From positions 283-64,282 of the forward strand of contig NZ_JAUNXX010000005.1 in assembly GCF_030539555.1 (NCBI RefSeq): 64,000 bases of DNA, given 5' to 3'. A program made the translations under genes and the position numbers. This document shows, piece by piece, positions 1-12,100 of this stretch (the first letter of the stretch is position 1; every line of letters begins with the position of its first letter). The notes under the pieces were generated by a model that saw only the letters and a program-made list of their open reading frames with translations, was not told the origin of the DNA and made no database searches. The stretch is from Methanobrevibacter sp. (GTDB lineage Archaea > Methanobacteriota > Methanobacteria > Methanobacteriales > Methanobacteriaceae).

Positions 1-3000
1 CAGTTCCATTAGCCAACAAATCAATTGTCCATAAACCATCTTTAGGACTGTAAGTACCATTAGATACAGTAATACCCCCTTCAACAATCTCTAAAAGACC
101 ACTTAACCTCTCAGTGATGTTGACATGAGTAGCATTGGAAGGACCTTTGTTGGTAACTGTAATGGTGAATTCAATCAAATCAGTAACATTCACTTTAGTC
201 ACATTGACTGTCTTGTTGATAATCAAATCAACGATTGGGTAAGCTGTTACATTGTCACATGTGTAGTTGTTGTTGGATTTGTTTGTGTCGTTTACATTGC
301 TTGTCACACTGACAACATTTGAAATTGTTCCATTGCCTATTACTTTAACGTATAAGTCCAACCAGACTGTCGCATTATATTCCAAATCACCGATGTACCA
401 ATAACCTCCAGTTTCGTTATAGTCATTTATCCATGTATTGGAATCTAGCAGTTCTAAGTAAGGGCTTAGGATCTCGGTTACATTAACGCCGGTAGCCAAA
501 CTCGGACCGTTATTGTGAACGGTGATTCTGTACATGAATTCATCACTGACATTGACTTTAGTGACAGTGACAGTCTTGTTAATGGTCAGATCAACAATAG
601 GAAGAGCAGTGACATTTTCAGATGATGCGTTATTGTTTGATTTGTTGGTGTCATGTTCACTGTAGACGATTGCTACATTAGGAATGGTTCCGTTGTTAAT
701 GACTAATGCCTCAATGGTTAAAACTGCAGTTGACTGGTTGGCAAGCTTGCCGATAACCCAAGTTCCATCAAATGTTCCGTCTTCAGTATGGTTGCCGACC
801 ATTCTTAAATGATCATAATCGAATATTTCTCCAACATACACTCCTTCAGCATCGCAAGGGCCGTTGTTGTGAACTGTAATTGTGTAAAGGATCTTATCTG
901 TGACATTGACCTTGGTGACATTGACAGTCTTGGTAATCTGCAAATCATAGATTATTGAAGAGTATACTGCAACCATGTCATGATTATTGTAAGGGTTTGT
1001 ATCGTTTTCAAAGCTTGTCACTTCAACACGGTTTTCAATGTATCCGTCTGACTTGACTTCAACAAGGAGTGTTAATGTTGCATTAGTTTTATTTGCCAAA
1101 TCACCGATATACCAATATTTTCCAGTGAAATTACCTCTAGTTGTATGATTTTCAAGTAATCTGAAACGTGAATCGAGAACTTCGGTCACATTAACTTTAG
1201 TTGCATTGGAAGGACCGTTATTGGTTACCACAATAGTGAAAGTGATTTTATCAGTCACATTGACGGAAGCGGCAGTGACATTCTTTTTAATGATTAAATC
1301 GACAACAGGATAAGCTGTAACATTTTTACATGTATAATTATTGTTGGATATGTTAGTGTCGTTTTCATTGCTTGTCACGCTTACAACATTTGAAATGGTT
1401 CCATTTCCAATCACTTTAACGTATAAATCCAACCATACAGTTGCATTATATTCCAAATCACCGATGTACCAATAACCTCCAGTTTCGTTATAGTCGTTTA
1501 TCCAGGTATTGGAATCGACCAATTCAAGATAAGGTGAAAGCTTTTCTGTGACATTGACTCCTGTGGCCAAACTCGGACCGTTATTGTGAACTGTGATTCT
1601 GTACATGAACTCATCACTGACATTTGCCACAGCGACAGTGACAGTCTTGTTAATGGTCAAATCAACAATAGGATAAGCTGTAACGTTTTTACATGTATAA
1701 TTATTGTTGGATATGTTAGTGTCGTTTTCAACGCTGGTTACATTAACGAAATTGGAAATGGTTCCATTGGTTTTGACTTTAGCAATGATTGTCAATGTAT
1801 GAGTTGATCCGTTAAGCAAATCATCAATTATCCATGTGTCACCTATATATCTTCCGATGGTTGGGTGGACATATGTAACATTCAGATAAGTGGTATCGAT
1901 TGCTTCCCATACGTAAACTCCATGAGCATCGCAAGGCCCGTTGTTGTGAACTGTGATAGTGTAAAGGATTTTGTCAGATACATTGACTACAGTGACATTG
2001 ACTGTCTTATTGATGGAGATATCAACGATAGGAAGTGCCTTAAATTCGCATTTGGCAATATTGTTGGATTTGTTAGTGTCATTTTCTATGCTTCTGACGA
2101 TGGCTGTGTTCGGAATTGTACCTTTTTGAGTTACGCGAACAGTAATGTTTAAAGTTGCATTTTTGCCGACGCCCAGATTTCCGATTTCCCATGTTTTCAA
2201 TTCATCATTATAACTACCTTTTGTTGCATTGGCGAAGAGGAATTTTAGACAGTCATCCAATATGTCGATTACATAAACTCCAGTGGCATTCCAAGGGCCA
2301 TTGTTTGTTACTGTTATTGTGAAGTTCACCAAATCAGTTACGTTGGCTACAGTGACATTGACTGTTTTTGTAATGTTTAAGTCAACAATAGGAAGTGCGG
2401 TTACATTTTCAGATGACGCATTGTTGTTTGATTTGTTGGTGTCGTTTTCGGCAGAAGTCACATTTGCAACGTTTGAGATAACGCCGACTCCGACAACGCG
2501 AGCGATTATTGTTAGAGTTTCTGAAGTTCCGTTGTTCAGTTTATCTATTGTCCACAGACCGGTTTCCTGATTGTATGTTCCGTTGGTTACAGTAATTCCG
2601 TCTTCAATTATTTTTAAAATTTTTATTAAAGTATCGTTTACAACCACATGTGTTGCGTTGGAAGGGCCGTTGTTGGTAACGGTTATTGTAAACATGACCA
2701 GATCAGTTACATTGACGAATTTGCCTGTAACGTTAATTTTCTTGGTTATGCTGATATCCACAACCGGTGTGACGTTTACAGTGACTGTATTGGATGTGTT
2801 TAGTCCCTGAGTAGAATTGACGACTGCCACATTTTCGTATGTGCCGTTCATCAAGACTCTGACGACCAGCCATAATTTAAGTCTTTCATCTTTTTGTAAT
2901 GTGCCGATGTTCCAAGTGACCATTTCAGTTCCATCTGAAGTTGAGTTTACTCCAACATAAGTGCTGTTGCTTCCTGATGAAACGTATTGGAAATATTTTG

Positions 3001-3150
3001 ACAGTTTATCGGTTACGTTAAGGTTTGTTCCGTTAACTGAACCGTTGTTATATAATTCAATGGTAAAGTTGACCAATCCCCCAACTGTTACGTTTTGAGA
3101 GATATTGGATGTCTTATTGATTACCACACTATATAATGGATAAATCTCGA
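1..3150 (-). repeat. Array of >=8 DUF11-type (about 120 aa, about 360 nt) repeats in the giant ALP, organised partly as a 3-unit super-repeat of about 1,075 nt.
   Basis: NxGP(S/C)xA cores (ggaccgtt/gggccgtt on the + strand) recur near 145, 510, 865, 1215, 1580, 1940, 2295 and 2665. Segment 300-560 is about 90% identical by eye to 1380-1640. Unit types follow the pattern X-Y-Z-X-Y-Z. Confidence 0.8.
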
Positions 3151-6100
3151 ATACTGTTGAATTGCGTGATTCATAGTAATTGTGAGTTTCAGGATAGTAT
3201 GCATAGACAGTGTAATTGCCGTGACCCAATTTAGGAATAAGCAGTTCTCCGTAACCGCTTTCATTTATTTTTACCTCATAATCCTGACCATTGATGTTGA
3301 GGGTTACATTGTTCGGTTCGTTTACAGGTATGTGAACAATGACTTTTCCTTGTTCCCCGTAAGTGTAATTTTCAACAGTCGGAATGATAAATGAAGGTAT
3401 TTTCATCACTTTGAATGTTGTTGAGTTTACTCTTGGCAGGTATTCGTCATCACCTGTGTATGTGACATTTACAGTGTAGGTTCCGACCTTAAGTCCGGTT
3501 ATGTTGATCTGGAAGGATTTTCCGTCAACCAATTTGATATTTTCATAAATCAATTCGTTTTCAAACCATACGCTGATGTTTCCTGTCGGAGTGACTTCAC
3601 CTGTTTTTACCGGAACCACATTGATGATGAATGTCTCATTTTCGAGATAGTATATATCTGTAGTTGGAATTTCTATGTAAACCAGTTTCTTGGAGTCAGA
3701 TTCTTCAAGATAGGTATAATAATTATCATCAGGATGGTAAGCCCATACATGTAATTTGTCTGTGCTTGCAGTATTTTGATAGGTGAAGTGTGCCACCCCT
3801 GAGATGTTAGTTAGTGTTGATCCGACATATAGCAGATTATTCTGATTATCGTAAATGTAGTAAGTTATATTCTGATGGTCTTCATAATTTGTTTGATACA
3901 ATGTTTCATTGTCTGAAGGTTGTACCCCACTATCCAGTTTAGTTGGGGTTCTGCGTGTGCTTCCTGTATTGGATACTGTTCCGTTGACTCCCAAATAGGT
4001 TACATTGGTGAATCCCACGACTGAATTTGCTCCACCATTCCATATGGCGTTAATGATATTGTCGTTTCCTGTGAATGTCACGAAAGCCTCCAGGGTCTGG
4101 TCGGCATCGCCTCTGGTTACCATCAATGTCAGTGTGTCTGAATTAGCTCTATTCTCCAGAAGGGTTGAATTGATGATATCCATATTGTTTAAGGTGAATA
4201 TTCCTGAACCTCTGAATGCCTTGTTATATATTAAAACACTGTCGATTACTGAATTACCGGTGGTTGCCCAATAGATACCTCCTCCCTGATTTGCAGTGTT
4301 GTTTTTGAGTGTTGCATTTGTAATGTCTGCTGCAACAGCCCAATAGATACCTCCACCGTTTTGACTAGCGTTGTTCAATATGTATGTATTGTTGTAGGCA
4401 GTAGGGTTTGAACCAGACCAGTAAAGACCTCCACCGTTTTTGGCTGTGTTGTTTACAAGTGTGGAATTATATAATTTGCCGTTTGTACCAGTCCAGTAAA
4501 TTGCACCACCGTCAAGTGTTGCTGTGGAATTATAAATGTGAACTCCATCCACAAAACCATTTGTACCGCTCCAGAATATCGCACCACCATTGGAACCGGA
4601 AGCGTTGATGATTGTTACATTATTTAACTTACCGTTAGATCCAGACCAGTAAATCGCACCGCCTTCATGATATACACCAGCAGTATTGTGTGCTGTTGAA
4701 TTGATGATTGTAGTGTTTATGACAGTTACATTGTCAACACGAATATATATTGCAGCACCACCGGTTCCGCCTTTATTTCCGTCAGCATAGGAATCAAGAA
4801 TTGTACAGTTTATTATTTGAGCATTCTTACCGTATGTATCTTTTATTCCAATTGATGCACCATAACTTGCATTGTTTCCTTCAAATGTACAATTGATAAT
4901 TTTAGCACCAGTCATCTGAGAGGAAATGCCTCCACCGAATTGTACTGCCTTGTTGTTGGTGAATGTTGAATTGGATATTATGAAATTCTTACCTCCACCA
5001 TTGGAATCTCCGCAGTAAACTGCACCACCATCAGCAGTTCCGACATAGTTTTCTTCAAATGTACAGTTATTGATTATTCCCCCATCGGATTGGAACCAGT
5101 CAATAGCACCACCGTGTCTTCTTGCAAAATTATTGTAAAAGACTGAATTGTTGATTAAACCTTTACCGAATTGGTTTCCCTTATTCCAGAAGATGGCACC
5201 TCCCAAAGCACCATTTATACCGGCACCCTTAGCCGGAGCAGTATTGTTTTCAAAGTAACATCTGTCAATTACATCATCATCGGATCCGCCAATCCAGTAT
5301 ATTGCACCTCCCCCATGGAACATTGAATCTCCCCATGTAGCAGTGTTATTTATAAATGAGGATGTGAAGACTCTGGAACCATTACCCGCATTATACATTG
5401 CACCGCCGTAAGTTGCCGTATTATTTGCAAATGATGAATCTATAACAGTAGTGTTTTTACCTAGATAAACGGCCCCCGCAGTGAGGTTGGCGTAACAGTT
5501 ATTAATTTCAGAATCATGGAGATAGGTATTGTCTCCCGCAATATAAATTCCACCACCACAACCGCTAATTCCATTATCATTAAATGAATTGACGATTGAA
5601 GTGGTAGTGGACAGCTCTGTTCGGACAACTTCAAGATTATTTGAGATTTCTATGAATTTGGCATCGTAGTCTATTAATTTATTCAATCTGTCCTTAAAGT
5701 TTCCATTAGAAACTATATTGCTGGAACTGGTCAAAGTACTATAAATAACATTGTAATCAGTTTCCGTTTGCAATGTTGCGACGTTGTTTTGAAGAGAAGG
5801 CAACCAATCAGTTGTTATTGTCTTGTAATAGTTTATAAAATTACGTGCTGAAATTGCATTGTTGGTAATTCTAGTTTTTAGAACGGAGTTGAATTGTGTG
5901 TAATTCTTATTTTCTGAAATATTATTCAAATCAGAGACAATAGCTTCAAGATAAGGATATAAAACATTGTAGAAATCGTATGATTTGTAATTCTTTAATG
6001 TTTTATTGATATCATTAACCTTATTAACAATATTATCATAATTGGCTTGATTAAATGCTCCATTGACAAATATTTTTTGATTGTTGGATCTAATATTTTC

Positions 6101-9100
6101 AAAAGAATTATATAAAGTGTTTAATTCAGAAAGTGAAAGAGGTCCGTAGTCATTGAAAAAGTCAATCATATCTTCCACATTATCTGAGATGACCTGAACA
6201 TGAGACAGATAGGCTGAAGGATCGGAACTTGTGGATACTGCAGATGCACCTGCAGTACAGTTTGTGATGTTTGCTGAAATGTTAGCGTCATTACCCTGAA
6301 CATAAATTGCACCACCATGTCTTGTTGCATTGGAAAACATTATTGTAACATCTTCAATTACAGCATCTTCACTTCTAATGTAAATCGCACCGCCGTCACG
6401 GCCAATACTGTAAATGCCCTTTTCCAAATCTGCATATCTTCCTACAAACGATTCATTGAATGTGGAATGTGAAACGACAGCATTGTTTCCGTCAACATAA
6501 ATCGCACCACCATATCCTTCAACGGTGCCTGTTTTGTGGAAACTGGACTGGTCAATTGTAGCGTTTACACCACCAATGTAGATAGCACCACCGTTACCTC
6601 CATCTTCAGCATGGCAGTTTTCAAAATCAGAACTGTTGACGGTAGCGTTTACACCACCAATGTAGATAGCACCACCGTTACCTCCATTTAGTGAAGAACA
6701 GTTCTCAAATGATGAATCTGAAATGTTCGTATTGACTCCATGCACATAAATTGCTCCACCATCACCTTTGATTCCGCTGTCATAAGCGCCATTAACAATA
6801 GTGGTAGTAGAAGTAATTTCAGAGCCTATAACATTAGCATAGCTTACAATTTCTGCAAAATCATCATTGAAATTTCTTAATGAAGTTGCCCTTGATTTCA
6901 ACTTATCATTTATTGATTTGGAATCTGTTAAAAGCAGTTTGACAACATCATAATCAGTTTCGGTTTTTAGAATTTCAACATTATCCTGAAGATTGTCCAG
7001 GAATGTAAGCAATTCTTTGTAATAAGTTACATAATTAATAATTTTATTAAAGTTATTTGTAATATTATTCTTTAAAACTTTGTTGAAAGCATCGTAGTTC
7101 TCATTTTCAGAAATATTGTTCAAATCAGCCACAATAGCTTCAATATAAGGCATCACGTCATTGTAGAAACCGGTATTTTTATAAGACTGCAAAGTGGAAT
7201 TGAGAAGAGCAACAGTGTTGTTAACATAATTGAAATTAGCCTGATTAAGTGAAAAAACATTATTAACTTTAGTGAATATGTTTGAAACCTTACCTTTGGC
7301 ATTGTTTAGATAAGTGAGCAGTTCGTTTGACTTGTCAACTGATACAGAACCATAATTGTCAATGAATGTGTCTATTGCATCCAAACATTCTGAAATAACA
7401 TCTATATGAGACATATAATCATCAGGATTTGTTGAAACCTCAGATGCAGGCAAACCAGATGTACAGTTGATTATTGTGGCTGAAATGTTAGCGCCACTAC
7501 CTTCAACATAAATTGCACCCCCGTTTCTTGTAGCGTTGGAATTCATTATAGTGACATTGTCTATTTTAGCTCCTTCACTTTTAACGTAAATTGCACCCCC
7601 ATCACGAGCAAGGGATGAAGTAAAACCTACAATGGTGCCTTCGTCATTAAGTTCCCAGCCAGGAACCCTGCCTACAAAGGAATCGTTAATTTCAGAATCT
7701 GAAATGGTTGCTTGGTCACCATCAATATAGATTGCACCGCCGTAACCTGAAACGGTGCCTGTTTTATTGAAACTGGACTTTTCAACATTGGCATCCAAAC
7801 CACCAATGTAAATTGCTCCACCGTCACCTCCGTTTTTAGCGTAACATCCTTCAAATGATGAATCAGTAATATTGGTGAAATCACCTGAAATATAAATAGC
7901 ACCGCCGTGTCCGACATAGCTGCTTGAATCTGTACTTGCATTACAGTTTTCGAAATCTGCTGAAATTGTTGCATTGTCACCTGCTACGTATACTGCACCA
8001 CCCTCTTTAATACTTAGGGAATTCTTCATACTGGATTCGTCAACTGTAGTGTTGTGACCTGAAATATACATTACACCACCTTGCAATGCAGTACAATTGT
8101 CAAAAGTACAGTTCAGAACATCAGTATTGTTTCCAATGATACATAACGCTCCTCCGTAAGGTTCATCTTTGCTGGTGATTGGAGCAGAAGAGTTAACCTG
8201 TGAATTCTTAAAGCTGGAATCTGTAATGTTTGCATTGTTACCTGTTACAAAGATTGTACCTCCGTTGTAATTGGAAAAGCTGTCTGTAAATGTTGCATTG
8301 CTGATTGATGCATCATCACCTGTAAGACAGATTGTACCTCCTTTAGAAGAGGAAGTTCCTGCACTGATGCCCTTGTTGTTCTCACAGGAAATGTTGTCAA
8401 TGCTACCTCCATCACCTTCCCAGTAGATTGCTCCGCCGTCGTCTCCAGCAGTGTTGTTAACAAAAGTTGAATCAAATACTGTACAGTTCAAACCAAGAAC
8501 ATACAATGCACCTCCGTCTTTAGTACAGTTACTGTTTTTGAAGGTTGCGTTGATGTTAGCGTTATTACCTTCCACATACATGACACCACCGTGCATTGCA
8601 GTACAATTGTCAAATGTACAGTTCAGCACATTGGTATTGTTACCTAAAACATACAATGCACCACCGTAAGGTGCATCCTTACTGGTTATCTCCGCAGAAG
8701 AGTCGACGTATGAATCTTTAAACTCAGTATCAGTAATGTTTACATTATTACCAGTTATAAAGATTGTACCTCCATTGTATTTGGAGAAACTGTCTTCAAA
8801 GCTTGCTTTACTGATTGATGCGTTATCACCTGTAAGACAGATTGTACCTCCTTTGGATGCGGAAGTTCCAGAACTTATACCCTTGTTGTTTACACAGGTA
8901 ATATTGTAAACAGCACCGTTACTACCTTCCCAGTAGATTGCTCCACCGTCGTCTCCTGCAATGTTGTTAATGAAAGTGGAATTGAACACGTCACACTCTT
9001 CCCCTACAATGTATAAAGTTCCACCGTCTTTAATGGAGTTACTGTTGGTGAAATCACCGCTTATGTCAGTGTCATAACCTTCCACATAGATTACTCCACC

Positions 9101-12100
9101 ATTGATAGCACCGCACCTGTCAAAGGATGAAATGAATACATCAGTATGATTACCTGTAATATATAATGCTCCTCCGTTTCCATTTAAAGATCGGGTTATG
9201 TTGAAATCAGAATCTGTGATTGTTGCATTGTTTCCTGCCACATAAATGGCTCCTCCTTTTCCTGTGATTGCGAAACAATAATTGAAGTCTGCATTTGTAA
9301 TGTTTGAAAAGTACCCTTCAACATATATTCCTCCACCGGAGACTGTGGCGTTACTGTAAGAAACGTTGGAATTTGAAATTGTTGCGTAATGTCCTAAAAT
9401 ATAGATTGATCCTCCATTGTTAGCAGAACTTCTATTAAAAGTAGAACAGTCAATTAAAACGTTGGCTCCATCGACATAGATAGTTCCACCCAAATCATTT
9501 GCATGGCACTTGTCGAAATGTGAATTTGTTATGTTTGTTCCTTCTCCATGAACATCTATTGCCCCTCCACGGGATTCAGAACCTGAAGCGTTACACATGA
9601 GGAAATTTGAGCTGTCAATGGTTGTATTTACACCCAGAACGAATATTGCCCCTCCGTGATAATACTCAACGATACACATTGTGAAGTTGTTTCCTGTGAT
9701 GTTGGTGTTGTCTCCCGCCACATAAATGGCTCCTCCAAAGGATGTTGCGTTGTTCATTGAGATATCTGAATTGGAGACTGTCACGTAATCTCCTGCAACA
9801 TATATTGCCCCACCGTTTTCCTTAGCGCTGCTGTGGGTGATTGTTGCATTATCTATTACTGCATTATCACCGGATACGTAAATTACACCACCATCCCATG
9901 CCATACACTGGTCGAAAACAGAATCAGATATGGTTGTATTGTCTCCTTCCACATCAATGGCTCCACCATGAGCCCAATTGGCCGGATTAACCCTATTTCT
10001 TGTGAAATTAGATTTTTCAATTGTTGTGTTGACACCCCTGATGTAAATTGCACCACCATTATACATGTTTGCAGTACAGTTTTCGAAAGTGTCGCCTGTA
10101 ATGTTAGCATTATTACCTGCCACATAAATTGATCCACCATAATTGGTAGCGTTATTCAAAGTGAAATTAGAATTTGATACAGTAGCATCGTTACCTGCAA
10201 TATATATTGCTCCACCATCATTTATGGCATTGCTTTTGGTGAAATTGGAATTGTCGATTGTCAGATATTCACCTGTTACATAAATAACTCCGCCTTCATA
10301 TGCAGTACATTTATCAAAGTTACAGTTCAGGATTTTTGTGTAATCCCCTTCAACATCAATTGAACCTCCTCGTGCGAAATTGGAAACATTGACTATGTTT
10401 TGAGTGAAGTTGGAGTCTGAAATTGTAGTGTTCAAACCTTTTACGAAAATTGCTCCGCCATTGAATCTGTCAACGCTGCATTTGTCGAATGTGTTTCCGG
10501 TAATGTTGGTATTGTCTCCTGCAACGTAAATTGAAGCGCCGTAATTGTATGTATGTGAATATTCGAAGTCTGAATTGGATATTGTTCCATTGTCCCCTTC
10601 TATATAAACTGCTCCACCGGCACCACCAAGACCTCCGAAGTAAGGCCCTATAGCGTTATTGTATTTGAATGTGGAGTTATCAAGAATTATTCCATCCCCT
10701 GAAACGTAAATACCTGCACCTAAAAGGGAAGTGGTGTTTCTGAAATCGGAATTGAGAATTTGAGTATCGTTTCCTTCAACATATATTGCTCCACCGTTTG
10801 TTGTTGCGTTACTTAATGAAGAAGTGAAGTTGTTTATTGTCACATTATTTCCTGCAATGTATATTGCTCCACCGTCGTTTAGTGCTGAAGTTTTGCTTGC
10901 AATTGAATTGTTTATCTGAACATTGGAACCGTTTACATAAACCACTCCCCCTTCATAGGCACTGCACATTGTGAAATTACAGTTAACTATTTTTGTTCCG
11001 TTTCCCTGAATATCAATTGATCCTCCACGAGCCTTTTCACCGGCAACCCTGTTTTGGGTAAATGATGAGTTTGCAATCATTGCATCCAATCCTGAAACAA
11101 ATATACATCCGCCATGGCCTTCATAAGCAATACAGCGGCTGAAGTTTGAATTTGTGATATTTACGTGGTTTCCGGTTACATATAATGCCCCACCGTAATT
11201 TGTTGCATTTGTGTGTGAAATGTCAAAGTCAGATATTGTTACGTAGTCTCCTGCCACATAGATGGCTCCGCCGTTATTGGTTGCAAGGCTTCTGTTACAT
11301 GAATAACCGTCAATAATTACATTAGAACCGTTAACATAGATAACACCACCTTCAAAAGCAGTACATCTGTCAAAGGTACAATTCAATATTTTTGCACCGT
11401 CACCCTGTACATCTATAGAACCACCACGGCCAGAATCCGTGTTAACCTTATTCTGAGCAAAATTAGAGTTTGATATTGTAGTATTCAAACCGGCAATATA
11501 CATAGCTCCACCATGATAATTATCAGCTATGCAGCGAGTGAAATTGGAATTTGATACATTTGCGAAGTTTCCTGCAATGTATAATGCACCACCATAATTT
11601 GTTGCATTGGTATTTGACATATTGAAATTGGAAACAGTCACATTGTCCCCCATCACATATATTGCTCCACCATTGTTTTTAGCGAAACTTCTGTTACATG
11701 AATAACCGTCAATAGTCACATAAGAACCGTTAACATAAATAACACCGCCTTCAAAAGCAGTACATTTATCAAAGTCTGAATTTAGGATTTTAGTTCCGTT
11801 TCCCTGAACATAAATTGATCCTCCGCGTGCAGTTTGCCCAGGAACTATGTTTTGAACAAAATCTGATTCTGAAATGGTCGTATTCAAACCGTTGATGTAT
11901 ATTGCACCGCCGCTTCCGGTATATGCAATACATTGTGAGAAATCAACATTGGTAATGTTTGCAAAGTCACCTTCAACATAAAGCGCCCCTCCGGAAGTTG
12001 TAGCATTGGTTAAAGAAACATTGGAATTCCTGATGGTTACATTATCACCATTGATATAGAATGCCCCACCATTTACTGCAAATGAGCGGTTCCCTACGGT

